63,939 nucleotides of DNA, filler included, from Chiloscyllium plagiosum (GCF_004010195.1; 6 parts of one record of this genome joined end to end with filler, not necessarily neighbours in it), one strand, 5' to 3'; positions 1-13,254 are shown, numbered from the whole stretch's first letter. Notes: generated by a model from the letters alone, not told the origin. Translations and numbers: made by a program.

Positions 1-1124
1 TTTTGGACAGCTGCGTCAGAAATTCGGATTACCCAATGGAGACCTCTTTCGATACTTCCAAATTCGAGATTTTATACAGAAGAAGACTACGTTATTAGAT
101 AGTCTTTATAAATCCGATAGAAATCCGATGGAGAATGTAGTGTCCTACGACCAGTGGGGGTATCTTCCGTCAGTAATATTTATCATTTGCTACATGATGA
201 AGTATCGGGAGATATGGATAATCTGCTTAAAACATGGGATCAGGATCTGGGACTAGAAATCTCCACAGAAACGTGGAGTGATATCTGGGAAAATGCTAGA
301 AGAATTACTATCTGTAACAGAACCCAGGCTATCCAGCTGAAGATATTTCATAGGGCCCATATAGCACCGGTTCGATTGGCAAAATTTAAGGCAGGAGCAT
401 CTCCAATGTGTCCCAAATGCAAAATGGAGGTGGGCACTCTTGTACATTGCCTATGGACCTGTCATAAGATCCGTAGATATTGGACTAAAGTAGCAAGTAC
501 CCTGACAGAAATTTTAGGAATGGAAGTTAAAGTGGACTCTGTATCTCTCCTTTTGGGCTTTTCGAACTTTCCCTCCCTGGACATGTACGGGAAGAGATTA
601 TTTTCTATGCAAGGAAAAATATTTTGGTGAACTGGGTGGCTGAGGGCCTCCCTGGACTTTCAAATTGGCACAGATTAATTATGGAATGTATTCCCCTTGA
701 CTTCCTTACAAATATGGTGCACCGAAAGACCGAATTATTTTATAAAATATGGCAGCCCTTTTTGAATTATATAAATACAGATATCTCGGCTATCCTAACA
801 AGGGCTTTTATTTAATTGAGATTACAAACCTGGCTGGTCCGGGGCCCCTTAGGAGACGAATCCCGCATGAATACGGGTTTTATTACATCTGATGTTAACA
901 CATTCCGAACATGTAAGAGACTTAAATATACACTCTGGTTAGTTGTAGGTTAGATTAGTAGATAGTTGATTTTTGTTTTTTTTTGTTTTTTTTATTCTTT
1001 TGTTAAATTTTGGCTATTGTATATTTGATTTAATTGTATATCAATGTTTATATTTGAGAGTTTTGTTTATTTTTGTAAACTTGTAAAAATGTTAAATTTC
1101 TAATAAAAATATCTATAACAAAAA
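1..1124 (+). mobile_element. L1-clade LINE, 3' end (ORF2 C-terminal zinc-binding region, 3' UTR, A-rich tail)
   Basis: ORF 154-630 has the L1 ORF2 C-terminal pattern (WDQDL..WSDIW..QLKIFHRAH...CPKCKMEVGTLVHCLWTC). It frameshifts into 624-815, followed by a T-rich UTR, AATAAA at 1102-1107 and an A-rich end at 1124. Confidence 0.85.
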
Positions 1125-1706
1125 GCTGCCAGTCCTGCCCATCTCTGAGGCATGTTTCTGTTATTGCTATGATATCCTAGTCCCATGTTCCTAACCATGC
1201 CCTGAGTTCATCTGCCTTCCCTGTTCGGCCCTTGCATTGAAATACATGCAGTTTAATTTATTAGTCCCACCTTGTCCCTGCCTGCCCTGACTGCTTGGCT
1301 CACTTCTGTTCTCAACTGTACCAGTCTCAGATTGATCTCTTTCCTCACTATCGCCCTGGGTCCCAACCCCCACCTTACTAGTTTAAATCCTCCCGAGCAG
1401 CTCTAGCAAATTTCTCTGCCTGTATATTATTCCCCTTCCAATTTAGGTGCAATCCGTCCTTCCTGTACAGGTCACCTCTACCCCAAAAGAGATTCCAATG
1501 ATCCAAAAATGTGAATCCTTCCCCCATACACCAGCTCCTCAGCCATGCATTCATCTGCTCTATCCTCCTATTCCTGCCCTCACTAGCTCGTAGCACTGGG
1601 AGTAATCCAGATATTACTACTCTCGAGGACCTCCTTTTAAATTTCTGCCTAACTCTCTGTAATCTCCCTTTGGAATCTCAACCTTTTCCCTTCCTATGTC
1701 GTTGGT
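1125..1706 (-). mobile_element. CR1/HER1 LINE fragment (ORF1 esterase C-terminus and ORF2 start), inverted
   Basis: Reverse complement of the ~9590-10170 part of the CR1 copy at 9380-12330. It encodes NAWLRSWC..F.FLDHW..DLYRKDGLHLNWKG (SGNH-like) and LNCMYFNAR. Confidence 0.9.
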
Positions 1707-1711
1707 TATAA

Positions 1712-3339
1712 TGTGGTTCCAGATTACAGAGGAGGAAGTGCTGGATGTCTTGAAATGCATGAAAGTGGATAAATCCCCAGGACCTGATCAGGTGTACTCT
1801 AGAACTCTGTGGGAAGCTAGAGAAGTGATTGCTGGGCCTCTTGCTGAGATATTTGTATCATCGATAGTCACAGGTGAGATGCTGGAAGACTGGAGGTTGG
1901 CTAACGTGGTGGCACTGTTTATGAAGGGTGGTAAGGACACGCCAGGGAACTATAGACCAGTGAACCTGACCTCAGTGGTGGGCAGGTTGTTGTAGGGAAT
2001 CCTGAGGGACAGGATGTACATGTATTTGAAAGGCAAGGACCGATTAGGGATAGTCAACATGGTTTTGTGCATGGAAAATCATGTCTCACAAACTTGATTG
2101 AGTTTGTTGAGGAAGTAACAAAGAGGCTTGACGAGGGCAGAGCGGGAGATGTGATCTATATGGACTTCAGTAAAGGCGTTCGACAAGGTTCCCCATGGGA
2201 GTCTGATTAGCGAGGTTAGATCTCATGGAATACAGGGTGAACTAGCCATTTGGATACAGAACTGGCTCAAAGGTAGAAGACAGAAGGTGGTGGTGGAGGG
2301 TTGTTTTTCAGACTGGAGGCCTGTGACCAGTGGAGTGCCACAAGGATCGGTACTGGATCTTCTACTTTTTGTCATTTACATAAATGATTTGGATGTGAGC
2401 ATAAGAGGTACAGTTAGTAAGTTTGCAGATGACACCAAAATTGGAGGTGTAGTGGACAGCGAAGAGGGTTACCTCAGATTATAACAGGATCTTAACCAGA
2501 CGGGCCAATGGGCTGAGAAGTGGCAAATGGAGTTTAATTCAGATAAATACGATGTGTTGCATTTTGGGAAAGCAAATCTTAGCAGGACTTATACACTTAA
2601 TGGTAAGGTCCGAGGGAGTGTGGCTGAACAAAGAGACCTTGGAGTGCATGTTCATAGCTCCTTGAAAGTGGAGTCACAGGTAGATAGGATAGTGAAGAAG
2701 GCATTTGGTATGCTTTCCTTTATTGGTCAGAGTATTGAGTACAGGAGTTGGGAGGTCATGTTGCGGCTGTACAGGACATTGGTTAGGCCACTGTTGGAAT
2801 ATTGCGTGCAATTCTGGTCTCCTTCCTATCGGAAAGATGTTGTGAAACTTGAAAGGGTTCAGAAAAGATTTACAAGGATGTTGCCAGTGTTGGAGGATTT
2901 GAGCTATAGGGAGAAGCTGAACAGGCTGGGGCTGTTTTCCCTTGAGCATTGGAGGCTGAGGGGTGACCTTATAGAGGTTTACAAAATTATGAGGGGCATG
3001 GATAGGATAAATAGGCAAAGTCTTTTCCATGGGGTCCGGGAGTCTAGAACTAGAGGACATAGGTTTAGGTGAGAGGAGAAAGATATAAAAGATATTAAAG
3101 GGCAACTTTTTCACACAGAGCATGGTACGTGTATGGAATGAGCTGCCAGAGGACGTGGTGGAGGCTGGTACAATTGCAACATTTAAAAGGCATTTGGATG
3201 GGTATATGAATAGGAAGGGTTTGGAGGGATATGGGCTGGGTGCTGGCAGGTGGGACTAGATTGGGTTGGGATATCTGGTCGGCATGGACAGGTTGGATCG
3301 AAGGGTGTGTTTCCATGCTGTACATCTTTATGACTCTAT
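1712..3339 (+). mobile_element. CR1/HER1 LINE ORF2 (RT) to 3' end, disrupted
   Basis: [28 protein letters not shown] and LEYCVQFWSP motifs with stops and frameshifts. The CR1 3' UTR ends ...ATGACTCTA. Confidence 0.93.
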
Positions 3340-3341
3340 AA

Positions 3342-3805
3342 GTTGGAGACCCCTGCATCTGTTTTGTTATTCAGGGAGCTGTGGATTTGCTTGTTCCTCC
3401 CTGCCATTTTAAGGGAGTAGACCATGACTGTGCCCACATCATTTCTAGTTTGAGAGTAACCCATTGTAGAGCTCATGGCTTTCCTGCCAACGTTTTCTTC
3501 CAGTCTATTTGGCCCAGCTCTGTTCTTGTCCCTTTGAAGCCAACTCTCTCCAAATTGATTATTCTTACTCTGATGGACCAATCAGATATAATGCTTACCA
3601 CCCCCTCAATATTCTGTCACTGTCACGATCTACTTTGCCCACCTCATACCCAAGAACCAGGCCCAGCAGTGTCTCCTTTCTTGTCGGACTGGACATACAT
3701 CGCTTTAGGAAATCCTCCTGAACACAGTCTAGGAAAACTTGTGTCTTGCTGAACCTTACATAGCCACCATCCCAGTTGATATACAGATAATGAAAATCCC
3801 CCATT
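3342..3805 (-). mobile_element. Decayed CR1 endonuclease-region fragment
   Basis: MGDFHYLYINWD...FLDCVQEDFL...PTRKETLLGLVLG (ORF 3595-3804). Confidence 0.75.
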
Positions 3806-3829
3806 TTTACTACTCACTGATGTACTCAT

Positions 3830-4330
3830 GGGAGTTCAGGAGAATGAGAGGAGACCTTATTGAAACATACTAGTTTCTCAGAGGACTTGAGACGGTAGTC
3901 ACTGGAAGGTTGTCTCTCCTTTGTGGGGGACTCTAGAACCGGAGGGCATAATCTCAGATTAAGGTGTTACCCATTTAAGACAGGGATGAGGAGGATTTGT
4001 TTTCTCTCAGATGGTAGTAAATCTTTGGAATTCTTTGCCACTGAGGGCTGTGAGGCCCTCCCTGGGAGTTAATGTTTGACCCTTGCTCTGTCTGATACAT
4101 AATTAATAATCTAGACTTTGTACAGGCCATCATTTCAAAATTTGTAGCTGATACAAAATTATTTTCAAAGCTGAGACAGATTCTTACTCAGCAAGGGAAT
4201 CAACGGTTACAGGGAAAAGATAGGAAAGTGGAGTTAAGGATGATCATATTGGCCATGATCCCATTGAGTGGTGGAATTGACTGAATGGGCTGAATGGCCT
4301 ACTTCGGCCCCTATGTTTTATTGTCTTACA
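3830..4330 (+). mobile_element. CR1 3' end fragment
   Basis: MRGDLIETY-type coding remnant and the CR1 3' UTR motif GGCCATGATC...GGGCTGAATGGCCTAC. Confidence 0.75.
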
Positions 4331-4586
4331 CAGTTACAGCAGCATCTCTGAAACCACTGTCAGCTCAAACCTGTGCAGCCAATGACATTTCTTGCACATG
4401 GTCTCATCAGGTTACAGGAATTGTCCACAACTTCCCAAAGGATGTGCATTCTGCTTAGCTCAGGTGCTCTGCCATACCTTACTTCTAATTTTATATTTCT
4501 TTACTAACTGTTACTTTAATTATTTCAAACTTACTCTGGCACAATTATGTAATAATTAGGAGAATGTAACACAAATTGTCTCCCCT

Positions 4587-4696
4587 GTTGAATTTGAATT
4601 CCACCAGCTGCCTTGCTGGGATTTGAACCCATGCCCTTAGAACTTTTGTCTGGGCCTCTGCATTACTAGTCCAGTGACATTACCACTATGCCACTG
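4587..4696 (-). repeat. tRNA-like head fragment (same family as 34658-34770)
   Basis: Reverse strand reads TGGCATAGTGGTAATGTCACTGGACTAGTAATGCAG...GGGTTCAAATCCC, with A-box and B-box like motifs. Confidence 0.65.
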
Positions 4697-4734
4697 TCTA
4701 TAAGAAAAACTCCAATAAGCAACAATTTAGGACA

Positions 4735-6270
4735 AAATAATAGTCACTCAGGCAATTATGGGTTAATTAAGGAAAATTGGCATGGATTTGTTAAGGCCCA
4801 ATTAACTCGCTTGAGTTTTTTGATGAAGTAACAGAGATGTTTCATGAAGGTCAGGCTATTTGTGTGGTTTACTTCCAAAAGATATTGATAAAGTTCTTAA
4901 CGACATACTTATGAGTAAACCAACAGGTAGAGTAACAAGATGGAAATGAAATTGCTTGAGCAACAGGAGGCAGAGGAGAAGCTCTAACTGGCTGGTAATA
5001 TGAACAGAGATGAATATCGGGCTGGAGGGAAGTTTCCAGCAAAAGAGTTAAGAAAGAGTTGGATAGAGCTCTCAAAGATAGTGGAATCAAGGATTATGGA
5101 GATAAGGCAGGAACAGGATACTGATTAGGAATGATCAGCCATGATCATATTGAATGGCGGTGCAGGTTCGAAGGGCTGAATGGCCTACTCCTACACCTAT
5201 TGTCTATTGTCTATTGTCTAAAATTCCCCGGGAATTAATATTTGATCCTTGCTCTGTCTGAATAACAATCTAGACATTGTACAGAACATCATTTCAAAAT
5301 TTGTAGCTGATACAAAATTATGAACTGTGAGGAGGATTGAGAAGAACTTCAAAGGTACGTGAATAGTTTGGTGGAATAGACAGTTCCCTATAAACTACTC
5401 GGCTCTGTGCACACAGCTGCTCCCATGTTCCATGAAAGGATAATCTGTATCAACTGTGGCATCAACTTCCAATTTGGGAAGGCGTTGCTATGCACAGACC
5501 TCAGGACAGCAGCGGTATGAAAATTAGAGGGAACACTGATGGACAGGCTAATGGCAGAATAAACTTACTGCAGAGAGTGTGAAGTGATTCATTATGGTAG
5601 GATGAGACAATATAATATAAAAGGTGCATTTCTAAGGGGGAGGCAGGAACAGTTCTGAGTGTAGGTGTGCATTAATCACTGAAGGCAGTAGGACAGATTG
5701 AGAGCACTGTTAATGAAACAAACAGCATTGTGGACTTCTTTATCTCTCCATGGATGCTGCCAGACCTGTTGAGTTTCTCCAGTATCCTCCATGTTTTTTT
5801 TCTGGGCTTTATTAATTTTAGAGTACAAAAGCAAAGATCTGTTACCATTTTATAAAACACTGGTTTAGCCTCACCTGGGGGATTGTGTGCAGTCCTGGGT
5901 ACCATAATTTCGGAAATATGTGAAAATGTCACAGGCAGTGCAGAAAGGATTCACAAGATTCACTCCAGGGAAGAGGAACTTCACTTATGTAGAAAACATG
6001 GAGAAGTTGGGACTACTGCCTGTGGAGAAGAGAGGATTGAGAGGAGATTCGATATTTACAATCATCAGAGGAAGGACAGAGAAGGTCAGGAAAGTCTACT
6101 CTCACTTCTGGAATGAAAGAGACCTAAAGGAGATCAATCCAAGATGGTGGTGAAATATGGAAAAGGTTATTTTAAGCAATTAGTTGGAACCTGGAGTGGT
6201 CTGTCTGAGAGTGTGGTAGAGGCAGGTTTAATCCTGCAGGGCAATGAAGAGGCAGAAGGGCATGGAATGA
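4735..6270 (+). mobile_element. Old decayed CR1 ORF2 copy with a younger CR1 3' end nested at ~5042-5220
   Basis: HGFVK, EFFDEVT and KFVADTKL remnants. The nested piece ends in (CTATTGT)3 and matches 62316-62602 in the opposite orientation. Confidence 0.7.
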
Positions 6271-6811
6271 CTTTTTTCTTCAGAGGGCCAGGGCAGACAA
6301 GACCAGTTAAATGCGCACGTGCACCACCTTCTGCACTGTAAGTATTCTTTGTTTCTGTAAAGTCATCCGCCTGCCTCCACACATGTGCCTGATTATGTTG
6401 TTGAAGAACTTGGCCACATACAGTCGATTGAAGCTTTGAGTTTTTGCCTTTGGGACAGCTGCCACTGTCAGATGCTGGAGGTTCCAGAGTGGGAAGAGAC
6501 AAGATCACACACAGCAAAAAGGAAAGAAGAAGCTGGAGGAGGGCACTTGGGGCATTTGGCATCTCGGTGTCATTTGATATATCACCAGCCAGTCAGGCAG
6601 GCCACAAAGCCAGCCACAACACTGCCTGTGGAGAGTCTTACTTTCTTAGCTCCGTGTGTGCACATGGTTTTGTTTATTTTATTAATTCTTGCTTTGGAAG
6701 CAAGTTGCTGAATTTCGACAGCACCCCTTCAACTCAGTGTTGAAAGCAAATACTTTGCAACTGTTTGTGCAGCCATTCAGGCGTCTTTGCAATTTTTTTT
6801 AACAGAGTTAC

Positions 6812-6925
6812 AAATCACACAACACCAGGTTATAGTCCAAAAGGTTTTATTGGAAACACTAGCGTTTGGAGTGCTGCTCCTTCATCAGGTGTTTGTGGAG
6901 TGTGCAATTGTAAGACACAGAACAG
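6812..6925 (-). mobile_element. Penelope-type terminal repeat, second family (also ~33935-34393 on +)
   Basis: AAATCACACAACACCAGGTTATAGTCCAA is the reverse complement of 34344-34372. The minus strand carries ACCTGATGAAGGAGCAGCACTCCAAA, a degenerate hammerhead core. Confidence 0.6.
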
Positions 6926-7930
6926 AGATGTGTAAATTGTATTCCTTCCCTTTTCCAACGTTGTAGTGATTGTTTTGCATTGCTGCGCAGTATCTCTGGC
7001 ACACTGCCTTCTTGCTGATGTCAGAAAGGGAAAATAAATGCTCCATCAAAGGTTAGTTTCTTCAGCTTTAGTTCCCCCCAGTCCCGGCATAAGAAATAAA
7101 TCTGTACTATACTTAGCAATGTGTCCCACCCAGCAGCTGGAAGTTTGTCTTTTCTTTTCCCAGTAGTGTTTTGGGCATGTTTATCACCACTCCTCTATTC
7201 GATTTTGTACTGAAGCTTAATGAGGAATCTGGATTGCTGGCTGTGTTACTCTTGGTGTCTTTAACTACCCCTGAGCCATTAGTACGTCAGCTTCTTCAAG
7301 CACAGCTTAGCAACTGGCTGGCCTCAACTCCCACCCATATCTTACAGGAAGGAAACTGTACAGAACAATGTTTACAGTGCAGGAGCAGATCATCGTGTCA
7401 TTGTTTCTGCACTCGCTCTCCAGATAAGCTTTATGATTTTATGCCAAACCTCTGACTTTACCCTGTAGCCCTAAACAATGTTTCTATTCAAATAATCATC
7501 TAATGCCTGAGTTGAACCTACCTCCACCACACTCCCCCAGCGACTCACTGAATGAAAACGTTCTTTCTCATGACACATTTGTTTCTTCAGCAAATCACTT
7601 TAAATCTATAGGAGTTTTCTCATTCTTGATCAATCTATGAGTGGAAATGGGTTCTCCCTGTCTACACCTCTCAAGAACTGCTTAAAACCACTTCCAAATA
7701 CTTTTAGGAAGGAATTTTTGATACCATCCTAACTTAGTGAAATGTCAGTGGTGAAATTAGGACAGTCAGAAAGCCTTTTTGTCATGAAACCAGTGAAGCA
7801 ATTAGTTTACTGGCAATTATTCTCTTGATTTCATCTCTATCTCTTCCTTCCTCTTGTGACACCCCCCAAAACCCACAAAGTTCTAGTGCATAGTGACAAT
7901 TGAGCTTGACCACAAACATTAATACTAAAT

Positions 7931-8093
7931 GTGGTAAAAACAATGACTGCAGATGCTGGAAACCAGATTCTAGAATAGAGTGGTGCTGGAAAAGCACAGC
8001 AGTTTAGGCAGCATTTGAGGAGCAGGAAAATCGATGTTTCGGGCAAAAGCCCTTCATCAGGAATCCAGGATTCCTGATGAAGGGCATTTGCCC
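7931..8093. mobile_element. Penelope pLTR-derived short element with an inverted partial copy
   Basis: ACTGCAGATGCTGG...GGGCAAAAGCCCTTCATCAGGAAT followed by the inverted ATTCCTGATGAAGGGCATTTGCCC. Confidence 0.85.
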
Positions 8094-8310
8094 AACACAG
8101 ATATCCCAACTCAATCTAGTCCCACCTGCCAGCACCTGGCCCATATCCCTCCAAACCCTTCCTATTCATATACCCATCCAGATGCCTCCTAAATGTTGCA
8201 ATTGTACCCGCCTCCACGACATCCTCTGGCAGTTCATTCCATACACGGACCACCCTCTGTGTGAAAAAGTTGCCCCGTAGGTCTCTTTTATACCTTTCTC
8301 CTCTCACCCT
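8094..8310 (-). mobile_element. CR1/HER1 3' fragment
   Basis: ORF 8116-8346 (-): RYKRDLRGNFFTQRVVRVWNELPEDVVEAGTIATF. Confidence 0.88.
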
Positions 8311-8974
8311 GGTGTTCTGGACTACTAAACTGAGTGACATCGCCACTATGCCACCAACTCCCCTTAACAGTGTTCACTTTTATCGTTGTGTTTGAATTTC
8401 CGTAAGTTCCGTAGGATCCTCCATCATGGAGATTTAATATCAATGGCTTTCCAGAATCATGAGTTATCTTATCTAAACAGAACCTCCCCCACTACCTTGC
8501 CCTGACTCCATAAGTCTTTTTTTTAATAGTGAAATGTCCACTATCTTCATAAATTCACGACCACGGGTAGGCATATTGTTATCAAATGGCAGAACAGGCT
8601 TGGTGGGCCAAAAGACCTACTCCAGCTGCTATTTCTCCTCATCCCCATCATTCTACCTCAGTAAACCCAGCAGAGATTCTATCACAAAGGGAAGGCGTGT
8701 TTACTATCACAGAAGCCTCTGGAATTGTTGTGCATTTTCTGGTGAACTGCACAAATGAGGATTCAGCCATCTCCAAGGAAGCCACTACCTGTCACAGGTT
8801 GTTGAGGTGGGCCTGAAATGCATGAACAGTTTTAACTTTGTTAGCAAAAGGGATTTGCATAAAGCCTGTGATGTCTGAATATGAAGGAAGGTTGTTAGTA
8901 GCAGACCCCTACCCTTACACAGCTACCAACATATTGTTCTGCTCACCCATGCCGACTCTTTTATCTCGAGATTA

Positions 8975-11900
8975 TCTGCTTTCCTCCTCACAGAATTTTA
9001 TTCCATTTTCCCAGTTTCTCCGTATCTACTGGGGGCTTCCAAAATGTCCTACTTTTCCTCAAATGTCCCCATTGGCAGTGATAGGGCCTGAGGCATGTCT
9101 GACTCATTTCTCACACCCTTTGCCCATTCCCCCCCCTTCCAGTACACTGATAAGGGTTCCCTTTGACCTCACTTTCCAACCCACGAGTCTCCACATTCAA
9201 AGGATTGACCTTGGCCTCTTCTGTCACCCTCCAACAGAATATCATGACCAAACACACCTCCCCGACCCCTCCCTTGCCAACACTCCAGTCTACTTCTCTC
9301 TCACTGTTAATACCTCCAGGCAATGGTACATTTCCAGAGGGTCTAACACTTACTCATTTACACTTACTCCTCTATCACTCTAATGCAAAGAGGGATACGT
9401 CGGGTTCCAAGAAATCAATTGTGTTAGGGGATTCTGTAGTCTGAAGTACAGACAGACGTTTCTGTGGCCAGCAGAGAAAAAGCAGAATGGTGTGTTGCTT
9501 CCCGGGTGCCAGGATCAAGGATGTTTCAGAGAGGGTGCAGAATGTTCTCACGGGGGAGAGGGGCCAGCAAGGGGGTCATTGTCCACATTGGAACCAATGA
9601 CATAGGAAGGGAAAAGGTTGAGATTCTGAAGGGAGATTACAGAGAGTTAGGCAGAAATTTAAAAAGGAGGTCCTCGAGAGTAGTAATATCTGGATTACTC
9701 CCAGTGCTACGAGCTAGTGAGGGCAGGAATAGGAGGATAGAGCAGATGAATGCATGGCTGAGGAGCTGGTGTATGGGAGTACGATTCACATTTTTGGATC
9801 ATTGGAATCACTTTTGGGGTAGAAGTGACCTATATAAGAAGGACGGATTGCACCTAAGTTGGAAGGGGTCTGGCAGGGAAATTTGCTAGAGCTGCTCGGG
9901 AGGATTTAAACTAGTAAGGTGGGGGTGTGGGACCCAGGGGGATAGTGAGGAAAGAGATCAATCTGAGACTGGTACAGTTGAGAACAGAAGTGAGTCAAAC
10001 AGTCAGAGCAGGCAGGGACAAGGTAGGACTAATAAATTAAACTGCATTTATTTCAATGCAAGGGGCCTAACAGGGAAGGCAGATGAACTCAGGGCATGGT
10101 TAGGAACATGGGACTAGGATATCATACCAATTACAGAAACATGGCTCTGGGATGGGCAGGACTGGCAGCTTAATGTTCCAGGATACAAAAGCTACAGGAA
10201 AGATAGAAAGAGAGGCGAGAAAGGAGGGGGAGTGGCATTTTTGATAAGGGATAGCATTATAGCTGTGCTGAGGGAGGATATTCCCAGAAATGCATCCAGG
10301 GAAGTTATTTGGGTGGAACTGAGAAATAAGAAAGGGATGATCACCTTATTGGGATTGTATTATAGACCCCCTAACAGTCAGAGGGAAATTGAGAAACAAA
10401 CATGTAAGGAGATCTCAGCTTTCTGTAAGAATAATAGGGTCATTATGGTAGGGGATTTTAACTTTCCAAACATAGATTGGGACTGCCATAGTGTTAAAGG
10501 TTTAGATGGGGAGGAATTTGTTAAGTGTGTACAAGACAATTTTCTGATTCAGTATGTGGATGTATCCATGAGAGAAGGTACAAAACTTGACCTACTCTTG
10601 GGAAATAAGGCAGGGCAGGTGACTGAGGTGACAGTGGGGGAGCACTTTGGGGCCAGCAACCATAATTCAATTAGATTTAAAATAGTGACGGAAAAGGATA
10701 GATCAGATCTAAAAGTTGAAGTTCTAAATTGGAGAAAGGACAATTTTGATGTTATTAGGCAAGAACTTTCGAAAGCTGATTGGGGGGGGCAGATGTTCGC
10801 AGGTAAAGGGATGGCTGGAAAATGGGAAGCCTTCAGAAATGAGATAACGAGAATCCAGAGAAAGTATATTCCTGTTAGGGTGAAAGGAAAGGCTGGTAGG
10901 TATAGGGAATGGTGGATGACTAAAGAAACTGAAGGTTTGGTTATGAAAAAGAAGAAAGCATATGTCAGGTATAGACAGGATAGATTGAGTGAATCCTTAG
11001 AAGAGTATAAAGGAAGTAGGAGTAAACTTAAGAGGGAAATCAGGAGGGCAAAAAGGGGACATGAGATTGCTTTGGCAAATAGAATTAAGGAGAATCCAAA
11101 GGATTTTTACAAATATATTAAGGACAAAAGGGTAACTAGGAAAAGATCAGCAAGGTGGCCTTTGTGTGAAGCCGCAGAAAATGGGGGAGACACTAACTGA
11201 TTATTTTGCATCAGTATTTACTGTGGAAAAGGAGATGGAACATATAGACTGTAGGGAAATAGATGGTGACATCTTGCAAAATGTCCAGATTACAGAGGAG
11301 GAAGTGCTGGATGTCTTGAAAGGGGTAAAGGTGGATAAATCCCTAGGACATGGTCAGGTGTACACGAGAACTCTGTGGGAAGCTAGAGAAGTGATTGCTG
11401 GGCCTCTTGCTGAGATATTTGTATCATCAATAGTCATAGGTGAGGTGCTGGAAGACTGGAGGTTGGCAAACGAGGTGCCACTGTTTAAGAAGGGTGGCAA
11501 GGACAAGCCAGGGAACTGTAGACCAGTGAGCAAGGTGGTGGGCAAGTTGTTGTAGGGAATCCTGAGGGACAGGATCTACATGTATTTGGAAAGGCAAGGA
11601 CTGATTAGGGATAGTCAACAGGGCTTTGTGCGTGGGAAATCATGTCTTACAAACTTGACTGAGTTTTTTGAAGAAGTAACAAAGAGGATTGATGAGGGAA
11701 GAGTGATAGAGTTGATCTATATGGACTTCAGTAAGGCGTTCGACAAGGGTCCCCATGGGAGAACATTGGTTCTGTACAGGACATTGGTTGGAATACTGCG
11801 TACAATTCTGGTTTCCTTCCTATTGAAAAGATGTTGTGAAACTTGAAAGGGTTCAGAAAAGATTTACAAGGATGTTGCCAGGGTTGGAGGATTTGAGCTG

Positions 11901-12510
11901 TAGGGAGAGGCTGAACAGGCTGGAGCTGTTTTCCCTGGAGCGTCGGAGGCTGAGGGGTGACCTTATAGAGGTTTACAAAATTATGAGGGGCATGGATAGG
12001 ATAAATAGGCAAAGTCTTTTCCCTGGGGTAGAGGAGTCCAGAACTAGAGGGCATAGGTTTAGGATGAGAGGGGAAAGATATAAAAGAGACCTACGGGGCA
12101 ACTTTTTCACATAGAGGGTGGTACGTGTATGGGATGAACTGCCGGAGGAAGTGATGGAGACTGGTACAATTGCAACATTTAAGAGGCATTTGGATGGGTA
12201 TATGAGTAGGAAGGGTTTGGAACGATATGGGCTGGGACTAGGTTGGGTTGGGATATCTGGTCGGCATGGACAGGTTGGACTGAAGGGTCTGTTTCCATGC
12301 TGTACATCTCTATGACTCTATGACTCTATGACTTACTCCTCTAACACTTCCAGAGCAAATACAGAGGGTCAAATACTTACTCCTTTACCTCTTTCCTCCT
12401 CATTTTCCACGGACCAAACACACATTTCAGTTGAAGCAACATTTTAATTTTATTTCTTTCAATCCAGTCTACTGTATTCACAGCTCACAATGAGGCCTCC
12501 TCTACATCAT
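8975..12510 (+). mobile_element. Old Penelope-like remnant (8975-9379 and 12331-12510) split by a CR1 insertion
   Basis: ATTCCATTTTCCCAGTTTCTCCG (IPFSQFLR) and CTCACTTTCCAACCCAC parallel the PLE at 22590-23160. Similarity resumes after 12330. Confidence 0.6.
9380..12330 (+). mobile_element. CR1/HER1 LINE: ORF1 esterase 3' part, ORF2 APE endonuclease and RT with an internal deletion
   Basis: IVLGDS..VIVHIGTNDIG..DGLHL (SGNH); YYRPP, MVGDFNFPNIDW, LDLLL and SNHNSI (APE); YMDFSKAFDK. A deletion at ~11760 removes the FADD region. The tail is (ACTCTATG)n and the flanks carry a 17/18 direct repeat. Confidence 0.95.
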
Positions 12511-12515
12511 AAAAT

Positions 12516-12703
12516 AACGACAGCATGGAAGCAGCCCATTCGGCCCATCAAATCCTTACTGATATTCCAAAGAGCATCCCACCCAGACCCACGGCCTTTA
12601 CCCTATAATCCTGCACTTCCCATGGCTAACTCACCTAACCTGCACATTCCTGGACACTATGGGCAATTTAGTATGGCCAATGGCCTAACCTGCACATCTT
12701 TGA
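12516..12703 (-). repeat. HE1-type SINE, 3' part
   Basis: CATGGCTAACTCACCTAACCTGCACAT...GGGCAATTTAGTATGGCCAAT, matching 37600-37645. Confidence 0.7.
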
Positions 12704-13254
12704 TCTGACCTGCTGTGCTTTTCCAGCACCACTGTGATCTTCACAGCATGCATACTGTCCACTATTTGGATTGCACCCTCTTTTTCCACCTCTAGTGTCT
12801 CCCTGCATGGGTTTGGCAGAGCTGACCTATTTCCTTTTAATCATACCTACAATTGACACATAGTCTGCATTCATATCTCTCCTTTACCACCGTCAGCACT
12901 GCCTTCGTCTTTTGTCCTGGGCGCCCTCACTATCTGTTCCCCTCGCTCCTCCATGCTGTTAGGCAATAGCAGAAACACTATCATTTCCCAGCCCCTTCAG
13001 TTCTGTAGAGGAGTCTTAATGGACTCAATGCTAACTTTGGGGAGAGTGTCCCCAGCCTCTGAATGATATGGGTCAGGGCGAGAGGTTTGGAAACATCAGG
13101 GAGACATTCAACGACGCCCTTCTTGCCATGAAATCCAAAAAGGCATAATTTTCAACTGAATCCTGAATGTCGAAATGAAATCCATTATTGAATATGAGAG
13201 GAATGTTAGCATGGACTATCGTAATTATTTCCCTCACTGCTAATTAACCTTGGC

